Notes: a model not told the origin generated them from the letters alone. 64,000 nucleotides of DNA from Gemmatimonadales bacterium (GCA_041577295.1 JBFGJG010000022.1:1-64000), one strand, 5' to 3'. Counted from the first letter of the stretch, positions 19,410 through 29,967 are shown. A program made the numbers and translations.

Positions 19410-21167
19410 ATGAGCTCGCAGATGGGCCTTACCGAGTTCTTCGCCATGGAGGCGAGCGAATACCTGGAGCGTCTCGACGCCCTCGTATCGGCCGCAGCGC
19501 CGCCCGATGCCGAGGAGTTCCTGCGTCTCGCGCGCGCGCTGCGTGGCTCGGCACTGATGGCGAATCAACAAGCCATCGCCGGAGCCGCGGCAGCGTTCGA
19601 GACGCTCGCCAGATCGGTGCGGGAACAGAGGCGGCCGTGGGATGCAGCGACGAAGCAACTCGCGATCGGGGCCGTGGACGACCTCAAGGTGCTGGTGCGC
19701 AGTGCGGGAAACTGGTCGGACGCGGAGGAGGCACGGGCGAAGGGACTGACCGCGGAGTTGCAACATGCGGTGGGAGAAGCAGCACCGGCGACGGAGCCGT
19801 CTGCCAAGGCCGGTCTCGATGCCGGGACGCGTGCGTTCCTTGCGCGCGAGGGTGCCGCGGTGGCCAGCACGTTGCACGAAGCCGCTCGTGGCCTACAGCA
19901 GAATCCCACCGCGCACGATCCACTCGACCGCGTGCTCAAGGTCATGCAACCGCTGCGCGGCCTCGCCATTCTGTCAGAGATTCCGCCGCTGTCCGATTTG
20001 CTCGAGGGAATTGAACAGGCCATCGGCGAGGTATCGCAGCGCGACCGCGCGGAAGGTGCCGACCTACTGTTTGAAACTGGTGCGAAGGCCATTTCGCGGG
20101 CGGCGCGCGAGATCACCGCTGACGGACGCGCGAATCCCGAATCCCCCGAGGCCCAGGAGTTTGCTCGACGGCTCGCGGCGTTGCTGAAGCTGGATCGCGA
20201 AGCGGTGCCCATCGAGTCACTGTACTTTGACGACGAAGGTCCGCATATCGTCGAACATGGTACGGCGTCCGCTCGGCCAGCCCGCCTGGGGCGTCTTGAG
20301 CTCGTGTCCCACGGCGAACACCTCCGTCTCGCGGCGGACGAACTCGAACGTGCCCGGTCTCAGACGCAGCGCGAGCTGAGGGCACAGGCCCTTGCGAGCA
20401 CCTTTCGGGCATTGGCATCGGCCGCCGGCGGACCGCTCGAGGAAGCCGTCGCCAACTTCGGACAGGCGGCGCGGGATGCGCTCGCGCGCGGCTCGGCCGT
20501 TAGCATGACGGATGCGTTCGCGCGCCAATTGCGGGAGGCGGGAGGCGTGCTAAGTGAGGCGGCCAAAGGCGATGACCAGGTCTTGGCGCGCCGGTTGCGC
20601 GACCTCGTCCGTGTCGTGCGTCAACTACCGGCCGCTCCCCCAACGACGACGGCGCAACCGCCGGCGGATGGCGCACCACGCCGCCCACCAGCGGCATCGG
20701 CGGCCGTCTCAGCCGCGCAACTCGTAGAACCGCCGACGCCACCACCCGGAAGACCAGCTGCACCAAAGGCGGCACCGATGGCGGCGGCACCACCACCTGC
20801 CGCAAGGCCTGGGGCCGCCAGCACTCCCAGTCGTCAACCGTCCGACAAGGAGTCGAACGACCTGGTTGGGAGCTGGATTCGGTACGAGCGCTTCGGGCAG
20901 GAACTCGGGTGGGCGAATCCATCCGTCGAGGACTTGCTCGGAGGCCCCCCACGCGATCCGGCCGTTCCGGTGGCGGACGGAGCCGAAGAGCAGGAGGTCG
21001 TGCCCATCGCGACACTCTGCTACAGCGGTGAAGCCGCACTCAAGCGCGCGCTGTCGTTACGACAGGAGATTCAAGCGGCGCTGCAAACGGGTGCCGGCGC
21101 AGGCGTGCGTGAGCTGATCCAAGAAGTCTTCGATCTGCTAGAGCTTGGCCTCGGCCAACGTAGCTAG
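19410..21167 (+). CDS. Helical protein with degenerate Hpt-like domains
   Basis: FFAMEASEYLERLD...RLARALRGSA resembles CheA P1/Hpt but has no phospho-His; Pro/Ala linker. Confidence 0.65.
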   Translation: MSSQMGLTEFFAMEASEYLERLDALVSAAAPPDAEEFLRLARALRGSALMANQQAIAGAAAAFETLARSVREQRRPWDAATKQLAIGAVDDLKVLVRSAGNWSDAEEARAKGLTAELQHAVGEAAPATEPSAKAGLDAGTRAFLAREGAAVASTLHEAARGLQQNPTAHDPLDRVLKVMQPLRGLAILSEIPPLSDLLEGIEQAIGEVSQRDRAEGADLLFETGAKAISRAAREITADGRANPESPEAQEFARRLAALLKLDREAVPIESLYFDDEGPHIVEHGTASARPARLGRLELVSHGEHLRLAADELERARSQTQRELRAQALASTFRALASAAGGPLEEAVANFGQAARDALARGSAVSMTDAFARQLREAGGVLSEAAKGDDQVLARRLRDLVRVVRQLPAAPPTTTAQPPADGAPRRPPAASAAVSAAQLVEPPTPPPGRPAAPKAAPMAAAPPPAARPGAASTPSRQPSDKESNDLVGSWIRYERFGQELGWANPSVEDLLGGPPRDPAVPVADGAEEQEVVPIATLCYSGEAALKRALSLRQEIQAALQTGAGAGVRELIQEVFDLLELGLGQRS

Positions 21168-22248
21168 CCGCCGGGGAGTCCGGTGGCCGGGACTCATCGG
21201 ACTCCTCGTTTCCATCATCCTGCTCTGGTGGACCCTCCACGACGTCGCGCTCGCAAACGTCTGGCAGCACCTCCGCAACATTCATGTTGCCAGCTTCGTT
21301 GGCGCCGTCGTCCTGGCAACCGCGGTCTTTCCCATCCGCACGATTCGGTGGCGATATGTGTTGCGGCTCGAGGGAAGCCCGTTGCCGTTCCGGCCCCTCT
21401 GGCACGCAACCGCTATTGGATTCATGGCGAACAATCTGCTCCCGGCGCGCGCGGGTGAGGTGGCGCGAGCGTACGCAGCCCGCAAGCTCACCTCGGTGCG
21501 GTTTTCGACCGCCTTCGCATCGATCGCAGTGGAGCGCGTGCTCGATGGGATGGGAGTCGTCGGGTTATTCGCGTTGGCGGTGTGGGCTGGTGGATTTTCG
21601 AACACCACGACGGTGGGCGGTATCTCCATGGTTGCCGCCGCCAAGGCCGTGGGTGCGGTGTTTCTCGGGGCGTTCGTCGTCGCGGTCCTGTTGGTCCATT
21701 GGCCCGATCCCGCACGACGGCTGGCAACCGCGATCGCACACCGCGTGCTTCCGCACCGCTGGGCCAATCGTGTGCTCGAGACGATCGAGGGTCTCCTCGC
21801 AGGTCTCGACGCACTGCGGGATATCGGACGGTTTCTACGGGCACTGTTCTGGACCCTCGTCGTGTGGTTGGTCAACGGGGCGTCGTTCTGGCTGTGCTTC
21901 ATCGCCTTCGACCTCGATCTTCCCGTCAGCGCCGCACTGCTGGTGCAGGGAATCATCGCCTTTGGCGTGGCGCTACCCTCCTCGCCCGGTTTCTTTGGGC
22001 CGTTCGAGGCAGCGTGTCGCCTCGCCCTCGCGTTGTACGGTGTGCAAGCCGAACGCGCCGTCTCGTATGCTGTTGGCTATCATTTTGCGACGTTCATTCC
22101 GATTACGGTGCTCGGGCTCTGGTCCTTGAGCCGGGCGCACCTCCACCTGGCGGACTTGCGAACGGCGGGAGGAGATGAAGAAGGAACGATGGAACGAGAG
22201 GCCAAAGGATCGACCGCTTCCGCCCCATCCGTCAATCAAAGTCCATGA
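21145..22248 (+). CDS. Lysylphosphatidylglycerol-synthase TM domain / UPF0104 flippase-like protein
   Basis: RW, GFMANNLLPARAGEVAR, VERVLD, LPSSPGFFGPFE. Confidence 0.88.
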   Translation: MASANVASRRGVRWPGLIGLLVSIILLWWTLHDVALANVWQHLRNIHVASFVGAVVLATAVFPIRTIRWRYVLRLEGSPLPFRPLWHATAIGFMANNLLPARAGEVARAYAARKLTSVRFSTAFASIAVERVLDGMGVVGLFALAVWAGGFSNTTTVGGISMVAAAKAVGAVFLGAFVVAVLLVHWPDPARRLATAIAHRVLPHRWANRVLETIEGLLAGLDALRDIGRFLRALFWTLVVWLVNGASFWLCFIAFDLDLPVSAALLVQGIIAFGVALPSSPGFFGPFEAACRLALALYGVQAERAVSYAVGYHFATFIPITVLGLWSLSRAHLHLADLRTAGGDEEGTMEREAKGSTASAPSVNQSP

Positions 22249-23132
22249 CGACCGATCGGGTCTCGACCTCCGCGTACGCCAAGGCCAACCTCCTCCTGCG
22301 GATCCTCTCACGCGAAGACTCGGGCTATCACGGGATCGAAACTCTCTTCACCTTGCTCGAACTGCACGATGAGGTCACCGTAGAACGCACGGGCAGCGGT
22401 GTAGAGCTCGACGTCGAAGGCGCTGACACCGGACCGGTCAAAGAGAACTTGGCCCATCGAGCGGCACAGGCGGTGCTCGCCGCAACGGGGAACCGGTTCG
22501 GTGTCCGGATTCGTCTCGCGAAACACATTCCTGTCCAGGCCGGTCTTGGTGGAGGATCGAGTGACGGCGCGGCGGTGCTGCACGCGGTCAATCAGCTGGC
22601 GGGTGGTGCAATCCCCCGTCACGAGATCTTGCAGTTTGCCGCCAAGCTCGGGAGTGATGTGCCGTTTTTCGCCTCGGGTGCTGCTCTGGCACTAGCGTGG
22701 GGGCGCGGAGAGCGGTTGTTTCGATTGCCAGCCCCCCGGACCAGCCCAGCATTGATCGCGGTACCGCCGTTCGGAGTGGAAACCGTGCGTGCGTACGAGC
22801 AAGTCGACCGCAATACCACGGGAGCACGTCAGCGGGGGGCGGTGGTGCTCGATCTAGGCGTGTTTGACAGCTGGGGCGGCATCGGCAGGCTTGGCGGAAA
22901 CGACTTTGAGACAACCGTATTTGCGAGTCACCCGGAGCTCAAGGAGTTGTTCACCCGCATGGCCGAAACCCGACCGCTGCTCGTCCGACTGTGCGGCTCG
23001 GGCTCGGCGATCATCGCGATATATAAAGATGAACGCGACCGCGATGGCGCCGCGTTGGAGATCGGCGAGCGGGATCAGCGGTTGATCAAGACGGCCACGC
23101 GACAACGGCCGGTGGGTGGCGTTGACGGATGA
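22245..23132 (+). CDS. ispE: 4-diphosphocytidyl-2-C-methyl-D-erythritol kinase
   Basis: AYAKANLLL, KHIPVQAGLGGGSSD, LGSDVPFF, GRGE, NDFE. Confidence 0.95.
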   Translation: MTTDRVSTSAYAKANLLLRILSREDSGYHGIETLFTLLELHDEVTVERTGSGVELDVEGADTGPVKENLAHRAAQAVLAATGNRFGVRIRLAKHIPVQAGLGGGSSDGAAVLHAVNQLAGGAIPRHEILQFAAKLGSDVPFFASGAALALAWGRGERLFRLPAPRTSPALIAVPPFGVETVRAYEQVDRNTTGARQRGAVVLDLGVFDSWGGIGRLGGNDFETTVFASHPELKELFTRMAETRPLLVRLCGSGSAIIAIYKDERDRDGAALEIGERDQRLIKTATRQRPVGGVDG

Positions 23133-23219
23133 GAATGGGTGGTAGAACCCTTGCCCTTCACCCTGGCGAGAGGATTGGGGGTGGGGAGTGGTAGGGAACG
23201 CGGAGAGGAATAGCTGCTC

Positions 23220-23804
23220 ATGAAGCACCAATGTCACACGGCGATCTTCTTGGTCTGCGTGCTGGTGGTCGCAGCATCGACGGGCTGGGCACAGACGGCG
23301 GCAGTCGTCCTCTTCATGGAGGGTGGACGGAACGGAGTGATGACGACGTTGGCCGACGAGACGAGCGACGAGATCACCTCGGGCTTCTCGACGGGCGGAG
23401 GCCTCTCGTTGATGATAGGACCGAGCTTTGCGATTCGCGCGCACGTCACAGGCGTGCGATCAAAGCTCCGAGCGCCGGCGCTTGCATTGCAAGACAGTAG
23501 CGTGACGCGACTTTTTTACGGCGCGGACCTCCTGGTGGGCCGCGCTACGGAGTTGGGACTCGCACCATATGCCTTTGGCGGAATCGGTGCGGTTCGCATT
23601 AATCCCGAAGACCCAGATCGACGGAGCTTCACGGCTTTTGCGGCCCGCGTCGGGGCGGGCTTCAATTACATCACGAACGGCTCGCCCATCATACCGTTTC
23701 TCGAGGGCAAATTCTGGTTCTACGACTTTAACCGTTTTGGGTTCGCCAAGCGCCAGGTTGATTTCATCGCCAGCATTGGGCTGGCACTCGCCATTCCATT
23801 CTGA
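23220..23804 (+). CDS. Small outer-membrane beta-barrel protein
   Basis: Signal peptide, amphipathic strands (LAPYAFGGIG), terminal Phe. Confidence 0.75.
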   Translation: MKHQCHTAIFLVCVLVVAASTGWAQTAAVVLFMEGGRNGVMTTLADETSDEITSGFSTGGGLSLMIGPSFAIRAHVTGVRSKLRAPALALQDSSVTRLFYGADLLVGRATELGLAPYAFGGIGAVRINPEDPDRRSFTAFAARVGAGFNYITNGSPIIPFLEGKFWFYDFNRFGFAKRQVDFIASIGLALAIPF

Positions 23805-23822
23805 CGGCTCGTCGCGACCAGC

Positions 23823-25358
23823 GTGAGCAAACGCGGCATGACCCCCGAGCACCTAGCGCCCACTGACTCCCAATCTTCCACACCTCGACCTGGTCTCGCA
23901 CGGGAGATCGGGTTGCTGGGGCTCGTGGCCACCGGCATCTGCAGCATGTTGGGCGCCGGCATCAACGTGATCCCGTTCACCATTCAGCGAAATGTGCCAG
24001 GCATCGGACCGTATGTGCTTACAGCGTACCTGCTCGCAGCGGTCCCCGCGATACTCGCCGGCCTCGCGTACGCGATTCTCGCCTCAGCTATGCCCCGCGC
24101 CGGCGGAAGCTACGTGTATGCCAGTCGGGCATTAAACCCCTACCTGGGCTTCGTCGCCAGCTTTTCCCAGTGGTTCGGTCTCTCGATCGCAATCGGAGTC
24201 GTTTCCTACGTGATCGTTCCCTTTTTGAGGGATATCGCCGCCGCGCTCGATCTGACAGCGCTCGCCGATGCGCTCGACAGCGGCCCCCTTCGCCTCATCC
24301 TCGCACTCGCGTTTCTATGGACATTCGTCGGCGTGAATCTGAGAGGCGTACGATCGTACCAGCGAACACTGGTACCCCTCATGTTCTTGATGTTTGTCCT
24401 GAGCGCAGTGGTGATCGTGGCTGGGTTTGCGTTCGACACAAGCGATTTCGCCACCGCCGTGCTCGATCGTGAGAATCGGAGTCTGCCAGTGACCAGCACG
24501 CCACCGTTTCGCGTCGGGGTGCTGCTACCGGCCTCCGCACTCCTGTTCGCCAGCTTCATCGGGTTCGACTCGATCGCCCAGGCCGGTGGTGAAGCAAAGA
24601 ACCCGAACCGCTCGCTTCCGCTCGCCATCGCGATCGCCGTGCTCGGAGTCGGGACCTTTTACGTGTTGTTCACGGCCGCGGTCTATCACGCGGTCCCCTG
24701 GGAGTACATTGCCGAGCAGGCTGAGCAACGTGACGTCACGGCCCCAGGCCTCCTCGGCTATCTGCTCCCACCGGCGTGGACGGTGGTCATCGTGGCCGGC
24801 GCCGCGGTGGCCCTCATCAACGATCTCCCCGCTATGCTGCTTGCCGTCTCCCGGCTCATGTTCGCGTGGGCCGAAGACGGTATCTTCCCCCGCGCCGTCG
24901 CCCGAGTCCATCCACGCTCGCACACCCCTTACGTTGCCATTCTCGCGAGCGGTGCCATGGCGACACTCGGTATCGTTGGCAGCCACCTTGCCAGCGATTT
25001 CTTCCTGGGGGTGGACCTGTTGGTCACGTCCATGCTGGTAAACTTTCTCCTCATGTGCATCGCCGTGCTCAACCTCCCAAACCGCAATCCAGCGATCGCG
25101 CGCGATGTGAGCGTCGTCCGATCGCGAGCGCTGCAGGTCCCGCTGGCACTCGCAGGTCTGCTCATGCTCGGCGGTTTGTTAGTCGTCCACACCTGGAAAG
25201 ATCTCACCGCCCCCGGTGTCGCCTGGTACCTCCGCTCGACCCCCGTATGGCTCGGGGTCATGGCGATGGCCACAGTGATCTACCTCCGCGAGATGCGCCA
25301 GCTGGTGCGCAGCGGAGCGCCGGTCAACACGATCTTCAACACGCTTCCACCCGAGTGA
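23823..25358 (+). CDS. APC-family amino acid permease
   Basis: SMLGAGI, AMPRAGGSYVY, FIGFD...GEAKNP, SRLMFAWAEDG; many TMs. Confidence 0.92.
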   Translation: MSKRGMTPEHLAPTDSQSSTPRPGLAREIGLLGLVATGICSMLGAGINVIPFTIQRNVPGIGPYVLTAYLLAAVPAILAGLAYAILASAMPRAGGSYVYASRALNPYLGFVASFSQWFGLSIAIGVVSYVIVPFLRDIAAALDLTALADALDSGPLRLILALAFLWTFVGVNLRGVRSYQRTLVPLMFLMFVLSAVVIVAGFAFDTSDFATAVLDRENRSLPVTSTPPFRVGVLLPASALLFASFIGFDSIAQAGGEAKNPNRSLPLAIAIAVLGVGTFYVLFTAAVYHAVPWEYIAEQAEQRDVTAPGLLGYLLPPAWTVVIVAGAAVALINDLPAMLLAVSRLMFAWAEDGIFPRAVARVHPRSHTPYVAILASGAMATLGIVGSHLASDFFLGVDLLVTSMLVNFLLMCIAVLNLPNRNPAIARDVSVVRSRALQVPLALAGLLMLGGLLVVHTWKDLTAPGVAWYLRSTPVWLGVMAMATVIYLREMRQLVRSGAPVNTIFNTLPPE

Positions 25359-25366
25359 GAAACGCG

Positions 25367-26830
25367 ATGGGAACGACCGTCGATCGTTCCGTGCTCGCAC
25401 CAGGCTTCGAGATCTCGCGTGTGGTCACCGGCCTCTGGCAGATCGCCGACATGGAACGCGACGGGCAAGCACTCGACCGACGCGCGGCCGCCGCGGCCAT
25501 GACCCCATACGTCGAAGCGGGATTGACCACGTTCGACATGGCAGATCACTACGGGTCGGCCGAGGAGATCGCGGGCGCCTTTCGGCAAGCAGCCGGCTCG
25601 GCGCACCGCGTACAGCTGCTCACCAAGTGGGTGCCAAAACCCGGACCGCTCACACGGGATGACGTTCACACGGCCGTACGCCGGTCGCTCGACCGACTGC
25701 GGAGCGATGCCATCGATCTCCTCCAGTTCCACGCGTGGAATTACGCAGACCCCAGTTGGCTGGACGGCCTGTTCTGGCTCCAAGAGCTCAAGGACGAGGG
25801 CCTGATCCGGCACTTGGGAATGACCAACGTGGACACGACCCATCTGCGGATGATCACGCACAGCGGCATCGAGGTAGTGTCGAACCAGGTGTGCCTCTCT
25901 CTGGTGGATCGCCGCCCGCTGGCCGGCATGACGACGCTCTGTCAACACCACGGCATCAAGCTCCTCGTCTACGGAACCGTCGCCGGCGGGTTTCTCACCG
26001 ATCAATGGCTCGGCGCTCCGGAGCCAGACTGGGCACGTCTCGAAACGTGGTCGCAGATGAAGTACGGCCGCTTCATCCGCGCGGCGGGTGGGTGGGAGCG
26101 CTTGCAGCGCGTGCTTCGGGCGGCCGCGGAGATCGCACGCCGCCACGACGTGTCGATCGCCAACGTCGCCTGCCGTTACGCACTCGAGCAACCCGCCGTT
26201 GGTGGAATCATCATCGGTGCGCGTTTGGGACAACGCGAGCACATCGAGGACAATCTCCGCGTTTTTCAGTTCCGGCTCGATGAGACGGACCGTCAAACGA
26301 TTGATGCAGCGGTCTCGGGACTTCATCCGATCCCGGGCGACTGCGGCGACGAGTACCGCCGACCTCCGTTTCTCACGGCATCCGGCGACCTGAGCCATCA
26401 CGTCGATTCCTTTCCCGCACCATACAGCACCCGGTCGGGCCATGCCGATCGGACGCTTGTGCTGAGCGGAACACCGTGGGAGGGGCTGGCGGGCTACAGC
26501 CGTGCCGTCCGCCAAGGCGACCACATATGGATATCCGGAACGACCGCGACACACCGCGACCGGGTTATCGGTGGAGGCGACCCGGCTTCGCAGACCCATT
26601 TCGTGATCGATAAGATCGAAGGGGCGCTCCAGTCGCTCGGTGCTCGCCTCGAGGATGTGGTTCGCACGCGTGTGTTTGTGAAGAACCTCGAGGACTGGGA
26701 ACCAGTCGCGCGCGCCCACGGTGCGCGGTTTGGCAGCATCCTTCCAGCCAATACGCTGGTTCAGGCCGCGCTCGTGGGCGATGAATACCTGGTGGAGATG
26801 GAAGCGGACGCCGTGATCAGCGCGAGTTGA
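25367..26830 (+). CDS. Aldo/keto reductase fused to a C-terminal Rid (YjgF/UK114) domain
   Basis: AKR tetrad in FDMADHYG, LTKW, QFH; C-terminal GYSRAVRQGD...SGTTA, DVVRTRVFV, LVEMEADA; start reset to ATG 25367. Confidence 0.88.
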   Translation: MGTTVDRSVLAPGFEISRVVTGLWQIADMERDGQALDRRAAAAAMTPYVEAGLTTFDMADHYGSAEEIAGAFRQAAGSAHRVQLLTKWVPKPGPLTRDDVHTAVRRSLDRLRSDAIDLLQFHAWNYADPSWLDGLFWLQELKDEGLIRHLGMTNVDTTHLRMITHSGIEVVSNQVCLSLVDRRPLAGMTTLCQHHGIKLLVYGTVAGGFLTDQWLGAPEPDWARLETWSQMKYGRFIRAAGGWERLQRVLRAAAEIARRHDVSIANVACRYALEQPAVGGIIIGARLGQREHIEDNLRVFQFRLDETDRQTIDAAVSGLHPIPGDCGDEYRRPPFLTASGDLSHHVDSFPAPYSTRSGHADRTLVLSGTPWEGLAGYSRAVRQGDHIWISGTTATHRDRVIGGGDPASQTHFVIDKIEGALQSLGARLEDVVRTRVFVKNLEDWEPVARAHGARFGSILPANTLVQAALVGDEYLVEMEADAVISAS

Positions 26831-26886
26831 GCACCCCCTCCCCCATCCGTACATTCGCCACCAGCCACCCCCTTCTGGAGGTTTCC

Positions 26887-29800
26887 GTGCGTCGCAAGCC
26901 CCCTGCCCGCGTGCTGGGCCTCGCACTCGTCACGGCGCTCTCATTGACGCCCACGTCAGCGCAGTCGCAGACCACGACACCTCTGACAAATGAGTTAGCG
27001 CAGGCATTTCCGTTCCGTCTCATCGGTCCGGCGGTGGCGGGAGGACGCATCCATGACGTCGAGGCATTGCCGCACGATCCCGCCACGCTGTACGTGGCAT
27101 CGGCATCGGGCGGGATCTGGAAAAGCGTGAACAACGGTACGACGTGGACCCCAATCTTTGAAAACCAGGCCGTCAGTACCTTCGGCGACCTCGCCATCGC
27201 CCCCTCCAACCCGGAGATCATCTGGGCGGGTACGGGCGAGCAGCAGAACCGTCAGAGCACCTCGTGGGGGAATGGCGTGTATCGCTCCGTGGACGGCGGT
27301 AAGACGTGGTCCCACCTCGGTCTCGAGGGCACGCATCACATCGGAAGAGTCGTCGTTCATCCGACGAATCCCGACATTGCCTATGTCGCTGCGTTGGGCA
27401 CACTGTGGCGGCCAAGCACCGAGCGAGGCGTCTTCAAGACCGAGGACGGCGGCCGCTCCTGGACTAAGGTGCTGTTCATCGACACGCTGACCGGTGCGGT
27501 CGATCTCGCGATGGATCCTTCGAACCCCAATACGCTGTACGCGGCGGCCTACCAACGCCTGCGCCGCACGTGGGGGTTCAATGGTGGTGGGCTCGGGTCG
27601 GGTATCTACAAGACCACCGATGCCGGTGGAACGTGGCGTGCGCTCACGCGGGGCATTCCGGCCGGAGCCAAAGGGCGCATCGGCCTCGCGGTGAGCCAGT
27701 CCAACCCACGGGTTTTGAACGCGCTGGTCGAGCACGCCGATAGCGGCGGGACCTATCGCTCGACCGATGCAGGGGAGACGTGGGAGTGGGTCAATCCACT
27801 CAACCAGCGGCCGATGTACTACTCGCACGTCGTCATCGACCCCACCAATGAGAATCGGGTCTACGAGTTGGCCACTGCGTTTTACAAGAGCGAAGATGGC
27901 GGAAGAACGTTCGAGCGCATGCCGACCCGCCCAACGTACGATGTGGGCGTCCACTCGGATTTTCACGCCATGTGGATCGATCGGGCGGATCCCGATCACT
28001 TCTACTTGGCCGGAGACGGTGGGCTCCACGAGACGTGGGATATGGGACTCACCTATCGCAAGATCGCAAACCTGCCCATCGGTCAGTTCTACGCCATTGG
28101 CGTGGACAATCGCGAGCCCTACTTCGTCTACGGCGGTATGCAGGACAACCACTCGTGGATGGCTCCCAGCGCTACACGGCACTGGATCGGCATCATCAAC
28201 GACGATTGGCGGCAAATTGGATTTGGCGACGGGATGTACTGGCAACCAGACCCGACCAACCATCGCTACGTGTACGGCAACTCGCAGAACGGGAACTACA
28301 CACGGCTCGATGCCGAAACGGGTGATCTGCTGGATATCAGTCCGGAGCCCCCGGCGGGTGAACCACGCTATCGGTGGGACTGGGTCTCCCCGAGCCTCGT
28401 GTCCCGACACGATGCGGCTGTCGTGTATGTGGGTGGAAACCGTCTCTTCTTGTCTCGCGACCGCGGTCTCACCTGGGAGCGCACCGAAGATCTCACCAGG
28501 CAGATCGATCGCGATACGCTCACGCTGATGGGGGTGAAGGGGGCGGACATCCAGTTGTCACGCAACGATGGCACGAGCTCGTTTGGCGAGATAGTGACCA
28601 TCGCCGAGTCGCCACACGATCGGAACGTGTTATGGGTCGGCACGGACGACGGCAACCTGCAGGTATCCGAGGACTGGGGCGCCAGCTGGTCGGAGGTGTC
28701 ACGCAACGTGCCCGGCGTCTCAACGGGTACGTATGTCAGCCGGGTCGTTGCTTCCTCGACCGCACGCGAGGCGGCGTGGGTCGCGTTCGACGGCCACCGC
28801 GATGGTGATTTCGGTCCCTACCTCTTTCACACGGAGAATCTGGGTCGGACCTGGACAGCGCGGATGGTAGGGCTACGCGGATCAGTCAATGCGATCGTGG
28901 AGCACCGCGAGAATCCCAACCTCGTGTTTGTCGGCACAGAGCACGGACTCTATGTATCAACCAACGCAGGCGCGACGTGGGTCAGGATGCAAACGCCCAC
29001 GACCCTGCACGACGACTTAGTCATCCATCCCCGCGATAACGACCTCGTGGTCGGCACACACGGTCGCGGCATTTTCATTCTCGACGATGTGACCCCGCTG
29101 GTCGAGTGGTCTCGCGAGGTGGCTCAGGCCGACGCCCACCTCTTCTCTGTCCGTCCAGCGACGATCTTCCAGTACTGGAAAGACACCTCTTACCGAGGGC
29201 AAGCCGCGTTCGCAGGCGAGAATCCCCCGTTCGGATCGATACTCACCTACCACTTACGAACCGATGCACCGTCAGCCCGCATCTCCGTGATCAGTCCGCG
29301 GGGTCGCCTGGTCCGGGTACTTGACGTGCCGGCAACCCGCGGGATGCATCGTGTCACGTGGGATCTTCGGCACGAGCCACCACCCGCCGTCGCGTCGCAG
29401 GACACCATGCGTGGTCCCACGCCGCTTCCGACGCCAGCGCACCCGGTGGATCCTCGGGGCCCGTTCGTCTCCCCCGGTGAGTACCGCCTCGTACTGGAAG
29501 CCGGCGCGGCACAGTCCACCCAGACGGCAGTGGTCGTGGGTGACCCGCTCATGCCGCTCAACCAAGTGGACTGGGAAGTGCGCGAGGCGTTTCTTGTCTC
29601 CCTGCTCGACCTGCAGCGCCGGCTTCACGCGGCTATCGAGGAGGCTAAGGCCTTTGCCGGATCGCTCGACAGCGCGGCAGCAGATTACGCGGAGACGTCA
29701 GACTCAATCCGTGCCGTGAATCAACGACTCCAAAGGTTACGACAGCAGGCCGCCCAGCTTGCGAGCCAACTCAACGGGCAGGGCGTTCGACAGGGAAGTC

Positions 29801-29907
29801 TCTATCCTCCAACGAATATTCAGCGGCGCACCAAAGAGGAATTGGAGCAAGCGTATCGGCACGCTCGTGATCGGCTGACGGCACTCTCCACCCTTGAAGG
29901 ACGGTGA
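26887..29907 (+). CDS. Secreted VPS10/Asp-box (BNR) beta-propeller, glycosyl-hydrolase-like
   Basis: About 11 S/TxDxGxTW repeats, YGGMQDN, GTHGRG; GGAGG RBS before GTG 26887 and signal peptide. Confidence 0.88.
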   Translation: MRRKPPARVLGLALVTALSLTPTSAQSQTTTPLTNELAQAFPFRLIGPAVAGGRIHDVEALPHDPATLYVASASGGIWKSVNNGTTWTPIFENQAVSTFGDLAIAPSNPEIIWAGTGEQQNRQSTSWGNGVYRSVDGGKTWSHLGLEGTHHIGRVVVHPTNPDIAYVAALGTLWRPSTERGVFKTEDGGRSWTKVLFIDTLTGAVDLAMDPSNPNTLYAAAYQRLRRTWGFNGGGLGSGIYKTTDAGGTWRALTRGIPAGAKGRIGLAVSQSNPRVLNALVEHADSGGTYRSTDAGETWEWVNPLNQRPMYYSHVVIDPTNENRVYELATAFYKSEDGGRTFERMPTRPTYDVGVHSDFHAMWIDRADPDHFYLAGDGGLHETWDMGLTYRKIANLPIGQFYAIGVDNREPYFVYGGMQDNHSWMAPSATRHWIGIINDDWRQIGFGDGMYWQPDPTNHRYVYGNSQNGNYTRLDAETGDLLDISPEPPAGEPRYRWDWVSPSLVSRHDAAVVYVGGNRLFLSRDRGLTWERTEDLTRQIDRDTLTLMGVKGADIQLSRNDGTSSFGEIVTIAESPHDRNVLWVGTDDGNLQVSEDWGASWSEVSRNVPGVSTGTYVSRVVASSTAREAAWVAFDGHRDGDFGPYLFHTENLGRTWTARMVGLRGSVNAIVEHRENPNLVFVGTEHGLYVSTNAGATWVRMQTPTTLHDDLVIHPRDNDLVVGTHGRGIFILDDVTPLVEWSREVAQADAHLFSVRPATIFQYWKDTSYRGQAAFAGENPPFGSILTYHLRTDAPSARISVISPRGRLVRVLDVPATRGMHRVTWDLRHEPPPAVASQDTMRGPTPLPTPAHPVDPRGPFVSPGEYRLVLEAGAAQSTQTAVVVGDPLMPLNQVDWEVREAFLVSLLDLQRRLHAAIEEAKAFAGSLDSAAADYAETSDSIRAVNQRLQRLRQQAAQLASQLNGQGVRQGSLYPPTNIQRRTKEELEQAYRHARDRLTALSTLEGR

Positions 29908-29929
29908 TCAGTGAAATGGCCGCCCAGGC

Positions 29930-29962
29930 TTGGTCACTCCTCACTCCTTAGCCTCGCTCACC
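29930..29962. repeat. Degenerate heptamer array between convergent genes
   Basis: TTGGTCA CTCCTCA CTCCTTA. Confidence 0.6.
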
Positions 29963-29967
29963 AGCTC

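Noticed and set aside
24776..25366. 197-aa N-terminal extension of the AKR ORF in the track
   Set aside because: Overlaps the permease in another frame and is Arg/Pro-rich noise; AKR similarity begins at ATG 25367
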